A DNA stretch of 64,000 bases from positions 384,001 through 448,000 of the forward strand of contig JAVYVS010000001.1 in assembly GCA_038727515.1 (NCBI GenBank), in the 5' to 3' direction. The notes beneath the pieces were generated by a model. It was not told where the DNA came from. It searched no databases and saw only the letters and a program-made list of their open reading frames with translations. Below, one piece after another: positions 50,003 through 60,016 of this stretch. The DNA is from Candidatus Methanomethylicia archaeon (GTDB lineage Archaea > Thermoproteota > Methanomethylicia > Culexarchaeales > Culexarchaeaceae). Each line of letters begins with the position of its first letter. Within the stretch, counting starts at the first letter, position 1. The position numbers and the translations under genes are program-made.

Positions 50003-51118
50003 ATGAAGATGATCAATAAAATCGTAATAATGGTTATGATCGCCATAATAGCAACTACAAGCTTCATAGCTTACCAAAAAATCACATTACAACAAGAAAA
50101 AGAGATATCCCTTAATGGTGCAGGTGCAACGTTCCCCTTTCCATTAATTGATAAATGGATTGCTGAATATCGTAAAGTTAATTCAAAAGTTCTAATAAAT
50201 TATCAACCTATTGGTAGTGGTGGTGGGATTAGAGCTCATATGGAAAAAACTGTACACTTTGCAGCTAGCGATGCCCCACTCAGCGATGTCCAATTTAGAA
50301 ATGCCACTGGAACACTACATATACCAATAACTATAGGAGGAGTTGTTCCAATATATAATTTACCGGGAATATCAATTTATTTAAATTTCACAGGCGAAGT
50401 CCTATCTAAGATATTCCTAGGGGAAATAAGAAGATGGAATGACCCAAGCATAAAGGCAATAAATCCTGGAGTAAACCTCCCAGACAAAGAAATAATTGTT
50501 GTCCATAGATCTGATGGTAGTGGAACTACATTTGTCTGGACTAGCTATCTTTCAGCTGTTAGCAATAAATGGAGGGAAACTGTTGGCAAAGGAACTTCCG
50601 TAAATTGGCCTATTGGAATTGGAGCTAAGGGTAATGAGGGGGTCGCCGCTTTTGTTCAGCAAACACCATATTCCATAGGTTATGTGGAATTTGCTTATGC
50701 AAAAAAGAATAACCTACTATATGGCCGTATACAAAATGCTGCTGGAGAATTCATTGAACCAAATATAGAAGCTTTCATGAAAGCTGCAGCAACCTCTGCT
50801 ATCACTCTACCAAAAGGAGATGAAAACTGGTCAAATGTTTCAATAATAGATAGCATAGTAAATAATAAAGAAGCAAAAGGAGCATATCCAATCACGAGCT
50901 TTTCCTATATACTAGTATATAAGGAGCTCAGCATTTTGCCAAACATAAATGAAGATACAGCCAAAGAACTAGTTTATTTCCTCTGGTGGATTATTCATGA
51001 TGGACAAAATTATGCAACCAGTTTATACTATGTTCCATTACCTAAAGAAATTGTTAAACAAAATGAGGAAACCATTAAGATGATGACCTTTAATGGACGG
51101 CAAATTTACAGAGGTTAA
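50003..51118 (+). CDS. pstS: Phosphate ABC transporter substrate-binding protein
   Basis: GAGATFP, GSGGG, HRSDGSGTT, GNEGV motifs. Confidence 0.95.
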   Translation: MKMINKIVIMVMIAIIATTSFIAYQKITLQQEKEISLNGAGATFPFPLIDKWIAEYRKVNSKVLINYQPIGSGGGIRAHMEKTVHFAASDAPLSDVQFRNATGTLHIPITIGGVVPIYNLPGISIYLNFTGEVLSKIFLGEIRRWNDPSIKAINPGVNLPDKEIIVVHRSDGSGTTFVWTSYLSAVSNKWRETVGKGTSVNWPIGIGAKGNEGVAAFVQQTPYSIGYVEFAYAKKNNLLYGRIQNAAGEFIEPNIEAFMKAAATSAITLPKGDENWSNVSIIDSIVNNKEAKGAYPITSFSYILVYKELSILPNINEDTAKELVYFLWWIIHDGQNYATSLYYVPLPKEIVKQNEETIKMMTFNGRQIYRG

Positions 51119-51129
51119 TTGGTGAGAAA

Positions 51130-52131
51130 ATGAAAAATCTTAAGGAAAAAATTCCTAGTTCTATTTTTTATTACTTAAAATCACGAATATCTTCACTTTT
51201 TAAACTTTCATTAAATGGAGATTACATCTTTAAAATTTTTAGTGGTCTTATTGCATCAAGTACCATTTTGATTCTCGGTTTAATCATATACGAGTTGATT
51301 CTCGGTTCTAGACTCTCAATGGAAACCTTTGGTTTAAGATTTATAGTTGGCGTAGAATGGGATCCAGCAATAAAACGTAGCTTTGGGGCTCTACCATTAA
51401 TACTTGGTACATTAACAACTTCTGCAATAGCATTGTTAATAAGTCTTCCAATAAGCCTTGGTGTAGCTCTAGCACTCTCCGAATATATGCCAAAAAAACT
51501 TAGCTATTTCTTCTCTTTCCTTGTGGAACTTTTAGCAGCCGTTCCAAGCGTAGTTTATGGAATTTGGGGAGTATATGTTTTAATACCATTTTTGCGCGAC
51601 CATGTTTATTCAACTTTACAGATCACATTAGGCTTTATTCCATTATTCTCTGGACCTATATATGGCGGTGGAGTTTTGACTGGTGGAATACTACTTGCCA
51701 TAATGATCATACCAATTATCTCCTCAGTTTTAAGAGATCTATTTTCATTAGTTCCATCATCTATAAAGGAAGCCATTATCTCATTGGGAGCAACGAAATG
51801 GGAAACTGTAAAGATGATGATGAGTTATACACGCTCTGGGATTCTAGGTGCAACCATGCTCGGATTAGGAAGAGCTATTGGTGAAACTATGGCTATAACA
51901 ATGGTTATTGGAAACAAATTTAAGGTTTTTCCATCATCGCTCTTTGATTCTTGGTATACTATGTCAGCAATAATTGCAAACGAATTTCTAGAAGCAACAT
52001 ACGACTTATATATTAGCGCATTGATAAATGTCGGTTTAATACTCTTACTAATAAACTTGACAATAGTAATTTTAGCGAGATTGATTATTTGGCGCTCTCT
52101 TAGAATAGTTAGGGGGATAATGAGAGAATGA
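51130..52131 (+). CDS. pstC: Phosphate ABC permease PstC
   Basis: ELLAAVPSVVYGIWG, LGRAIGETMA. Confidence 0.94.
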   Translation: MKNLKEKIPSSIFYYLKSRISSLFKLSLNGDYIFKIFSGLIASSTILILGLIIYELILGSRLSMETFGLRFIVGVEWDPAIKRSFGALPLILGTLTTSAIALLISLPISLGVALALSEYMPKKLSYFFSFLVELLAAVPSVVYGIWGVYVLIPFLRDHVYSTLQITLGFIPLFSGPIYGGGVLTGGILLAIMIIPIISSVLRDLFSLVPSSIKEAIISLGATKWETVKMMMSYTRSGILGATMLGLGRAIGETMAITMVIGNKFKVFPSSLFDSWYTMSAIIANEFLEATYDLYISALINVGLILLLINLTIVILARLIIWRSLRIVRGIMRE

Positions 52132-52964
52132 AAATGACAACCCAAAAAATAAGGAAAATTAAGGATATAGTGATGCACTTCATGATATATTTGACACTTC
52201 TAATTGCTATACTCCCACTTTTTAGCGTAATGTTTGAGGTTATTAAAAGAGGATTTATGGCAATTGACTTAGACTTCTTTATTAAAACAACTCCCACAGT
52301 AGGAGAAGCTAAAGGTGGAATAGCAAATGCCATACAAGGTACGCTCATAACAATTGGGCTAGCATCTTTGATAGGGGTTCCGATAGGAGTTATTTCAGGT
52401 ATATTTCTGAGTGAATATGGAGAAAACAAATTTTCAACAATTATAAGATTCTTTAATGAAGTGCTAAATGGAGTTCCATCAATAATTATTGGAATTTTTA
52501 GCTATACCCTCATATCCCCCATCACAGGTTTTTCACTTATATCGGCATCTTTTGCTCTTGCCATAATAATGATCCCAATAGTTACAAGGACTACTGAAGA
52601 AGCCCTAAAACTCATACCAACAATGATAAGGGAAGCTGCAATAGCACTTGGAATTCCAAGATGGAAAACGATACTACACATAGTGTTGAAAGGAGCTAAG
52701 AAATCCATAATTACAGGAATACTACTTGCAATTGCTAGAATCTCCGGGGAGTCAGCGCCAATTCTTGTTACAATGGGTTATTGGAGATGGTGGTTTCACG
52801 GACTGAATAGACCAGTAGCTAACCTTGCACTAAATATCTTTCTATTTGCTAATTCACCATTTGAGAATTGGGTAACTTTAGCATGGGGATCAGCTTTGAT
52901 ACTCATCCTCATGATCCTTGGAATAAATATTATTACTAGAATGTTAATGAGGGGGAGTTTTTAG
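52128..52964 (+). CDS. pstA: Phosphate ABC permease PstA
   Basis: [24 protein letters not shown]. Confidence 0.94.
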   Translation: MKMTTQKIRKIKDIVMHFMIYLTLLIAILPLFSVMFEVIKRGFMAIDLDFFIKTTPTVGEAKGGIANAIQGTLITIGLASLIGVPIGVISGIFLSEYGENKFSTIIRFFNEVLNGVPSIIIGIFSYTLISPITGFSLISASFALAIIMIPIVTRTTEEALKLIPTMIREAAIALGIPRWKTILHIVLKGAKKSIITGILLAIARISGESAPILVTMGYWRWWFHGLNRPVANLALNIFLFANSPFENWVTLAWGSALILILMILGINIITRMLMRGSF

Positions 52965-52966
52965 TC

Positions 52967-53728
52967 ATGTCTATCTATAAAATTGAAATTGAAAATTTAA
53001 ACGCTTGGTTTGGCTCTAAACAAGTTTTAAAGAATATTAACATTAAGATTAAGGATAGAGTTGTAACAGCAATAATTGGACCTTCAGGCTGTGGTAAAAC
53101 GACACTTTTGCGTTGTATAAATAGGATGCATGAGCTTGTTCCAGGAGCCCGCATTTCTGGAAAAGTATTTTTTAATGGTGTAAATATATATAATAATGGG
53201 GTTGACCCGGTTCAAATAAGAAGGAAAATTGGTATGGTTTTCCAGAAGCCCAATCCATTCCCAATGTTATCAATCTATGATAATGTTGCTATAGGCCCAA
53301 AATTGAATGGTATAAATGATAAAAGGACTCTTGACTCAATTGTTAAGCGAAGTTTGATACTTGTTGGATTGTGGGATGAAGTGAAAGATGAATTAAACAA
53401 ACCAGGAACCAGCCTTTCAGGTGGACAACAACAAAGGCTTTGTATAGCTAGGGCATTAGCCATCGAACCGGAGGTTCTGTTGATGGATGAACCAACTTCA
53501 GCTTTAGACCCGATATCAGCATCAAAGATAGAAACTTTGATAAGGAAACTTGCGGAGGATTATACAGTAATTATTGTGACACATAACATACAACAAGCAG
53601 CAAGAGTATCCGATTATATAGCTTTCCTATATCTTGGTGAATTAGTGGAGTATGGAGCAACAAAAGACATTTTTGAAAAACCAAAGAAGAAGTTAACCGA
53701 AGAATATATAACTGGGAAATTTAGTTGA
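52967..53728 (+). CDS. pstB: Phosphate ABC ATPase PstB
   Basis: [29 protein letters not shown]. Confidence 0.96.
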   Translation: MSIYKIEIENLNAWFGSKQVLKNINIKIKDRVVTAIIGPSGCGKTTLLRCINRMHELVPGARISGKVFFNGVNIYNNGVDPVQIRRKIGMVFQKPNPFPMLSIYDNVAIGPKLNGINDKRTLDSIVKRSLILVGLWDEVKDELNKPGTSLSGGQQQRLCIARALAIEPEVLLMDEPTSALDPISASKIETLIRKLAEDYTVIIVTHNIQQAARVSDYIAFLYLGELVEYGATKDIFEKPKKKLTEEYITGKFS

Positions 53729-53729
53729 G

Positions 53730-54383
53730 GTGAAATTTATTATTAGAATAATAGATTTAAAGTTAAGAGAAATTTCAGCAGTAATCCATAAGATGGGTGA
53801 TTTAGCATATCAAGCAATATCAATAGCTATTAAAGAAAACTTTTACAATGGAAACTCATATCATAAAATCAAGGAAATATCTGATATATTGCTCACATTA
53901 AATGATCAAATTGAGGATAAAGCTTTTGAGATTATTGCAAGGTTTCAACCAGTAGCCTCAGATTTACGTACAATAAAATCATACATGAAAATATCATATG
54001 ATTTTACTCGTCTTGGGAGATATGCTCTAGATATATCCTATGTTAATAAACACTTTGGAGGATTAAAAGGATGCAATGGATGGATATTCTCATATGCTAT
54101 GGAAATGAGTGAAAAAGTTTTAAACACAATAAAGATAAGCATAGAAGCATTAAAAAAACAGAATATAGAAATTGCTAAAAGCATATCAGAAATAGAGAAA
54201 GATATCGATAAAATCTACTTCGAATTCCTAGACAAAATAATTGAAGAAAAGAATGTTGAAAGTAGAATTATTGTTTCAAGCATACTTACAATAAGACATC
54301 TTGAAAGAATAGCTGATCATGCAACATACATCTGTGAATCAATAATATACGCATTAACTGGAGTAAAAGAATTTCTAAGATAA
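53730..54383 (+). CDS. phoU: Phosphate signalling protein PhoU
   Basis: QPVASDLR, LERIADHA. Confidence 0.92.
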   Translation: MKFIIRIIDLKLREISAVIHKMGDLAYQAISIAIKENFYNGNSYHKIKEISDILLTLNDQIEDKAFEIIARFQPVASDLRTIKSYMKISYDFTRLGRYALDISYVNKHFGGLKGCNGWIFSYAMEMSEKVLNTIKISIEALKKQNIEIAKSISEIEKDIDKIYFEFLDKIIEEKNVESRIIVSSILTIRHLERIADHATYICESIIYALTGVKEFLR

Positions 54384-54524
54384 TAAATAAAATATTTATC
54401 ATTAATATTAAACATATTTCTTTCAGAATAATTTAAGAATTTCAACCATTGTTATTATTTTAAATATTTTAGAAAATTGCAACTATATAATCCTCCTAAA
54501 AGAAGTTTAAACATAAAAAAGGGT

Positions 54525-54710
54525 TTATGATGTTTTTGAAGCTGGTTTGCCGGCTATACCCCAATTACTCTTCTCAATATCATGTAAAATTACAGTTACA
54601 GCTTCTGCTGGCACACCTAAATTTACAAAAACCTCTGTTATCCCTTTAATTATTTTCTCTTTGACTTCAGGGGTTCTACCAGCCCACATGTATACATGGA
54701 CTACAGGCAT
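54525..54710 (-). CDS. 4-oxalocrotonate tautomerase family protein
   Basis: Catalytic Pro-1, GRT.E.K, WGIAG; AGGTGA RBS. Confidence 0.9.
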   Translation of the reverse strand: MPVVHVYMWAGRTPEVKEKIIKGITEVFVNLGVPAEAVTVILHDIEKSNWGIAGKPASKTS

Positions 54711-54756
54711 CTAAATTCACCTTAAATGATTATCTAATATAAACTATAAAGGGTTT

Positions 54757-54816
54757 TTGGCTCAGCTCTGGTATCACTCTTCACACTTCAGTTTTACCAG
54801 CTATCTTCATCGCCAA
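54757..54816 (-). ncRNA. Box C/D-like sRNA
   Basis: TTGGC-G-ATGAAGA(C)-TAGCTGGTAAAA-CTGA(D')-AGT-GTGAAGA(C')-GTGATACCAGAG-CTGA(D)-GCCAA: two 12-nt spacers and a 5-bp terminal stem. Confidence 0.78.
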
Positions 54817-54870
54817 ATAAATATTTCTGATAACTAAGATAAATATGTTTATGGAAGTTGATGTTCTGGG

Positions 54871-56175
54871 ATGGTAATAGAAATGTGTGTAAATTTTAGG
54901 AGATACGTTAGTGGAGATGAGAAGGGTATAGTGGATTTATTGAAGATTTGTTTTAGAAGTTTTAATTCTTGGGGTTTAAGTGTTGAAGATTGGCTTGATT
55001 ATTGTGAAGATGATGATGGATTTAAACTGGAAAATGCATTGGTGGCAGAGAATGGTGGTAAAATAGTTGGACATATACAATTGATGCATAGAAAGATTAG
55101 AATTAACAAGAGTATATTAGATTGTGGAGGGATAGCTAATGTATCTACGCATCCAGATTATAGGAGACAGGGGATAGCTACGAAATTATTATCTATGGCC
55201 ATTGAAATATGTAGAGGGAATGGATGGCCGATATCATCATTATTCACTGGATATGGTGGTGAAGGATATAGGGTTTATAGAGCTATGGGTTATGCTGATA
55301 CAACATTTATATGTGAATACATTGGAACTAGGGAGAGGGCTGAAAAGACATTGAAGATTTTACCAGAAGAAGATGTGGAAATTGAAGAAATCAATATGGG
55401 TAATTTAGGGTATGTTATGAAGATGTATGAAGAATGTAGTAGAAGGATTAATGGATCTTGTTATAGATCCATGGATTATTGGGTTAAGAAGATTATAGAG
55501 AAAACATATCATCAAAGCTTCTTTTATGAAGATAAAACTGCGGGAATTAGGATTATGGTTAAGAAAAATGGGAATATTGTTGGATATGCATTAGCATTTA
55601 ATGGTTTAAAGGCTTTAAGAAGTAGATGGTTAAATAAGACGGGTTTAATACTTGAGATTATGGCGAAGAATCCCTTGAATAGAATTATGGTTTTTAGGGA
55701 GATATTGAGTAGATTATTATCAGAGGATGTAAAACTCTTCGTATTAAGGATTCCGAGAAATTATCTTCCTAAAAATGTATTGAAATATTTTGAGGAAATG
55801 AAGGGAGCAATATATATGGATTACATAACTGATCAAAGAAGATTATTTGAAGAATTAAAACCTGAATTGGAAGATAGATTAAAGAATTTCGAAAATGAAA
55901 TTGAAACCGAAATATGTATTAGAACCCCATATGGAAAAACTAAAATGGAGATTGTGGGTGATGAAATTAATTTTTCTGATGATGAAAACGCTGAAAATCA
56001 TATTGAATTCACAAGGGATGGAATTACAAAGTTAATCTATGGGATTAAGAGTTTTAAAGAATTGTTAAAAGAGGATTATATCATTGAGTTTAAGATGAAT
56101 GATTATGTTTTAAGAATGTTTAATGCTATGTTTCCAAAGAAGATGTTTAATATAAGTTCAATTGATGATTGGTAA
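54871..56175 (+). CDS. GNAT acetyltransferase, Eis-like tandem fold
   Basis: GGIANVSTHPDYRRQGIA, LF..., YRAMGY motifs. Confidence 0.8.
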   Translation: MVIEMCVNFRRYVSGDEKGIVDLLKICFRSFNSWGLSVEDWLDYCEDDDGFKLENALVAENGGKIVGHIQLMHRKIRINKSILDCGGIANVSTHPDYRRQGIATKLLSMAIEICRGNGWPISSLFTGYGGEGYRVYRAMGYADTTFICEYIGTRERAEKTLKILPEEDVEIEEINMGNLGYVMKMYEECSRRINGSCYRSMDYWVKKIIEKTYHQSFFYEDKTAGIRIMVKKNGNIVGYALAFNGLKALRSRWLNKTGLILEIMAKNPLNRIMVFREILSRLLSEDVKLFVLRIPRNYLPKNVLKYFEEMKGAIYMDYITDQRRLFEELKPELEDRLKNFENEIETEICIRTPYGKTKMEIVGDEINFSDDENAENHIEFTRDGITKLIYGIKSFKELLKEDYIIEFKMNDYVLRMFNAMFPKKMFNISSIDDW

Positions 56176-56880
56176 TTATTCGAGGATCACTGGAATATTT
56201 CCACCCCAAGTTAAACTCATGGAATCAACCAATAAAAAAGTTTTACAAGCATGAATCTTAACACCAGTTTCATAAGCTTCCAATAAAGACTTTGAGAACC
56301 TTTCATCAACAACCCAATTGGGTTTAAAAACTCTAGCTCCAGGATGTGTTATAAGAAAAATTATCATAGCATCATAACCATTCCTTAAAGCATCAATTAA
56401 ACCGTAAACATGTCTTCTACCTCTAATTGTAGGTGCATCTGGAAACATTGCAACACTATCAACCACAAGTGTACAACCCTTAACCTCCAATAAACACTTT
56501 CCACCCATTGAAGATTTCAAAAGGAAATCATACCTACTATCCATAAACTTATACTCCCTCTTAACAATTTCAAAACCATTTAAATCAGGGATAAAACCGG
56601 AATTTAAAATCCAAATGAAAATATCATTGTGAAGAGCAGAATCCACTAAAACCCATCCATCCATGGAGTGGACAGCAAAAAGATAGTAATCAGTTTTATT
56701 AATGTTTAAATGTGGTCTAACGAGAACTTCAACCCCTGGCTTAAGTAATTCATTAAGTCTCCCAGGATCATGTATATGTGCAGAATAAATCACATCATCA
56801 ACATTAATTAGACACTTAAATCTATTTAATCTCTTTAAGAATACTGCCCTATAAATAAATGGATAATTCAATTTCATCAA
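56176..56880 (-). CDS. sfsA: DNA/RNA nuclease SfsA
   Basis: RLNRF, HDPGRL.ELL, EVKGCTL, FPDAPT.RGRRH. Confidence 0.92.
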   Translation of the reverse strand: MMKLNYPFIYRAVFLKRLNRFKCLINVDDVIYSAHIHDPGRLNELLKPGVEVLVRPHLNINKTDYYLFAVHSMDGWVLVDSALHNDIFIWILNSGFIPDLNGFEIVKREYKFMDSRYDFLLKSSMGGKCLLEVKGCTLVVDSVAMFPDAPTIRGRRHVYGLIDALRNGYDAMIIFLITHPGARVFKPNWVVDERFSKSLLEAYETGVKIHACKTFLLVDSMSLTWGGNIPVILE

Positions 56881-56902
56881 GTAGAATCAACTCTTAATTA
56901 GA

Positions 56903-58300
56903 TTAATAGGTTATGAAGCCGGGTTTTTTAGAAACGAATTTCGGGAAATATCCAATCCTCTTCGGATAGCCCATAGACTCACTATCAAGTTTAGATAGAA
57001 ATTCATTAAGGGAAATCTCATATTGCTCACCAGTCTTCCTATACCTAACATTAACAGTACCCTCAGCTTCTTCTCTATCTCCAACAACCACTATATATGG
57101 AATCCATTCTCTCTCAGCATCCACAATCTTCCTAGAAACAGATCTATCAGTATCATCAATGTCAACTCTAAATCCATGCGAATTCAATTCATCACAAACC
57201 TTAATAGCATAATTAAGATTCCTCTTATCTACAGGTACTACTCTAACCTGTACTGGAGAAATCCAAAATGGAAGCATAGGTTTCTCCATCTTAAGCGCTG
57301 TATCAAAAAGCATGTATATATAACGTTCAATACTCCCAAGTATAGCTGTATGTAAAATTATTGGATTATGCTCTAAACCATCTTCACCCATATACTTTAT
57401 ACCAAATCTCTTAGCATTTCCAATATCTATTTGTACAGTAGCTATCTCCCTAGGCCTCTTAGCAATATCAACAATCATATACTCAACGTTAACAGTCCAA
57501 TAATAATTCAATCCAGTAGCCGGATAAATACAAACCAAAATAGGTTTACCAACATCTTTAGCCAAATCCAATATCAACCCCTTATTCAAAGCATATTCAT
57601 CTGGATTAACAACATTAACTAGAATTTCATAAGTTCTACCAACTTTAGATGCTTCTTCCATAATTTTCCTATGAATCTTCATAAACCAATTCATAGCTTC
57701 ACGAATATCTTTAGTGAAGACATGTAAATCAGGCATGAAAAATCTTCTAAGCCTAAAACATAATTCTACTTCACCACTTTGCTCAAACCTATAGGAATCA
57801 GCTATTTCAAGAGCGCCAAATGGAAGATTCCTATATGAAAAATGCCAATCTTTAATCATAGAAAATTGTTGATGACATGCAGCATACCTCAAAACCAATT
57901 TACCCTTATCACTCTCCACAATGTAAAGTCTATCACCATAAAGTTTTGCATGCTCAGAAACAGCACTTACATTTAAATCAAAGAATGCAGTACCTCTAAC
58001 TTCAACTATAGGTAAATCTAAATCTCTTGCGGCTTTACGAGCAGCCTCAGCAACAAGATCAAATATCAAAGTTGCATATGGGCCAAAACGCATATGACCA
58101 TAATCAGAATTTTCCTCCCATTCAAAACCAAACCTCTTAAGATAACCATGAATTTTAGAAGCTCCTCTACCAACCTCTTCCTTTAAAGCCTCTTTTCTAA
58201 CTATAACCCTAAAATCTTCATTAAATTCTTTAAGAGAAACTTTAAATGGATCAAGCTCTCTACCATCAGGAGTTAAAATCAAATATTTACGGATGCTCAT
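56903..58300 (-). CDS. thrS: Threonine--tRNA ligase, catalytic + anticodon-binding domains only
   Basis: RYAAC, YRFEQSGE, RLRRF.MPDLH, QID, HTA..GSIER; about 465 aa with no N-terminal editing domain. Confidence 0.92.
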   Translation of the reverse strand: MSIRKYLILTPDGRELDPFKVSLKEFNEDFRVIVRKEALKEEVGRGASKIHGYLKRFGFEWEENSDYGHMRFGPYATLIFDLVAEAARKAARDLDLPIVEVRGTAFFDLNVSAVSEHAKLYGDRLYIVESDKGKLVLRYAACHQQFSMIKDWHFSYRNLPFGALEIADSYRFEQSGEVELCFRLRRFFMPDLHVFTKDIREAMNWFMKIHRKIMEEASKVGRTYEILVNVVNPDEYALNKGLILDLAKDVGKPILVCIYPATGLNYYWTVNVEYMIVDIAKRPREIATVQIDIGNAKRFGIKYMGEDGLEHNPIILHTAILGSIERYIYMLFDTALKMEKPMLPFWISPVQVRVVPVDKRNLNYAIKVCDELNSHGFRVDIDDTDRSVSRKIVDAEREWIPYIVVVGDREEAEGTVNVRYRKTGEQYEISLNEFLSKLDSESMGYPKRIGYFPKFVSKKPGFITY

Positions 58301-58360
58301 AAAATCAACCTTAACATAGAAATAAATCATTTAAGTAACCTTTAACTTTTACTATGATAA

Positions 58361-59086
58361 GTGGTAAATGTGAGGATTATAGTTGGGGTTAGTGCAGCAT
58401 ACGATTGGACTAGAAATACATATAGTATTAGTGAAGCATATATTAAATCCATTGAAATTGCAGGTGGAACACCAATAATAATACCACCAACATATAATAT
58501 GAGCATTGAAGAGATACTTGATAGAATTGATGCAGTAATATTGAGTGGTGGACCAGACATAGACCCATACCTATATGGAGAAATACCAATACCAAAAATG
58601 GGGCAGATAAATCCATTAAGAGATAAATTTGAAATAGAATTAGCAAGGAAAACTGTGGAGAAGGGGAAACCACTACTAGCGATTTGTAGAGGCATCCAAG
58701 TTTTAAATGTAGCTTTCAATGGAACATTATATCAAGATATAAATACACAAATACCAAATTCCATTAGACATGCATGGCATACGACCACTGGAACAGAAGT
58801 ACCACCCAATTATCCAACACATACAGTAAAATTAAAGAGGGATTCAAAAATCTACAGAATATTCAATAAAGAAGTTTTAAGAGTAAATAGTTTTCATCAT
58901 CAAGCAGTAAAAGATGTTGCTAAAGGTTTTGAAGCTACAGCATGGGCAGATGATGGAGTAATAGAAGCAATAGAATATATTGGAGATAAATTTGTAATTG
59001 GAGTGCAATGGCATCCAGAATGGATGTGGGATAGTGAAATGATAAAAATATTTAAAGCATTAATAGAAGCAGCAAAAACTAAATAA
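58361..59086 (+). CDS. Gamma-glutamyl-GABA hydrolase family (peptidase C26)
   Basis: SGGPDIDP, AICRGIQ, VNSFHHQ, VQWHPE. Confidence 0.9.
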   Translation: MVNVRIIVGVSAAYDWTRNTYSISEAYIKSIEIAGGTPIIIPPTYNMSIEEILDRIDAVILSGGPDIDPYLYGEIPIPKMGQINPLRDKFEIELARKTVEKGKPLLAICRGIQVLNVAFNGTLYQDINTQIPNSIRHAWHTTTGTEVPPNYPTHTVKLKRDSKIYRIFNKEVLRVNSFHHQAVKDVAKGFEATAWADDGVIEAIEYIGDKFVIGVQWHPEWMWDSEMIKIFKALIEAAKTK

Positions 59087-59125
59087 TCAAACCCTCTTTT
59101 TACAAGTTTTTACAAGTGAATTAAA

Positions 59126-59389
59126 ATGTCAAATATATACATATCCATTATAATAGGGGTATTGATAGGATATCTAATTAGTAAAAAAGGCTATTATAAA
59201 AGAAAGGAGATTATTGAAAAGAGTACAACAATAACACTGTTAATACTAGTGTTTATAATAGGCGTTGGAATAGGTGTAGAATCAACCTCCATAAAAATTG
59301 AAGCAATAACCATAATAATAGTAATAACAATTCTAAACATAATTATCCCAATAATAATTGAAGTAATGAAAAGCATATGGAGAAAATAG
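59126..59389 (+). CDS. LysO/DUF340 exporter N-terminal partner
   Basis: Three hydrophobic segments with IGxLIG and LVFIIGVGIG patterns; coupled to the next gene. Confidence 0.65.
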   Translation: MSNIYISIIIGVLIGYLISKKGYYKRKEIIEKSTTITLLILVFIIGVGIGVESTSIKIEAITIIIVITILNIIIPIIIEVMKSIWRK

Positions 59390-59390
59390 T

Positions 59391-59972
59391 ATGAGGGCAA
59401 TACACATAATACTAACATTAATAAGCGGTATAGTAATTGGAGTATTAAATCAGAGAATTGGCATATTAATACAAGCATTAGATTCAATACTCTTCATATT
59501 AATATTGCAAATAGGGATAGAAGTTGGATTAAAGTATAAAGATATAATGCGATCAATTAAGAAATTAAAGAATCAATTACATCTACCAATAATAACAATA
59601 ATCTCATCAATAATAGCAGGAATAATATCTTCAAAAATACTAAACATAGACACTAGAATTGTATTGGCAATATCACTTGGAATGGGATGGTATAGTTTTA
59701 CAGGAGCATACCTAACATTAAAATTAAATCCATATTATGGAGCTATAGCATTTGCAAGTAATATGCTTAGAGAGGCAGCAACCATCATAATAACACCAAT
59801 ACTACCAAGAAAATTCAAAAGAGCTGGAGTAATTATAGGTGGCGCTACAACAATGGATACAACACTACCAATAATTGTAAAAGAATTTGGAGAAGAAGAA
59901 ATGATATTGGCATTATACCATGGTTTAATAATAACATTAATAATACCAATAATTCTATCAACAATAATATAA
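59391..59972 (+). CDS. LysO (DUF340) lysine exporter family
   Basis: GMGWYS, NMLRE, GGATTMDTTLP. Confidence 0.88.
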   Translation: MRAIHIILTLISGIVIGVLNQRIGILIQALDSILFILILQIGIEVGLKYKDIMRSIKKLKNQLHLPIITIISSIIAGIISSKILNIDTRIVLAISLGMGWYSFTGAYLTLKLNPYYGAIAFASNMLREAATIIITPILPRKFKRAGVIIGGATTMDTTLPIIVKEFGEEEMILALYHGLIITLIIPIILSTII

Positions 59973-60016
59973 AATCATTAAAATATTAAGTGATATAATA
60001 TTATTGGTGATTTCAA

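Noticed and set aside
54757-54816. SECIS element or fluoride riboswitch (ATGA-N11-AAA...GA pattern; GGCGATG start)
   Set aside because: No neighbouring gene has an in-frame TGA at a Cys position, helix II pairing is poor, and the fluoride-riboswitch pseudoknot is absent. C/D geometry fits better.
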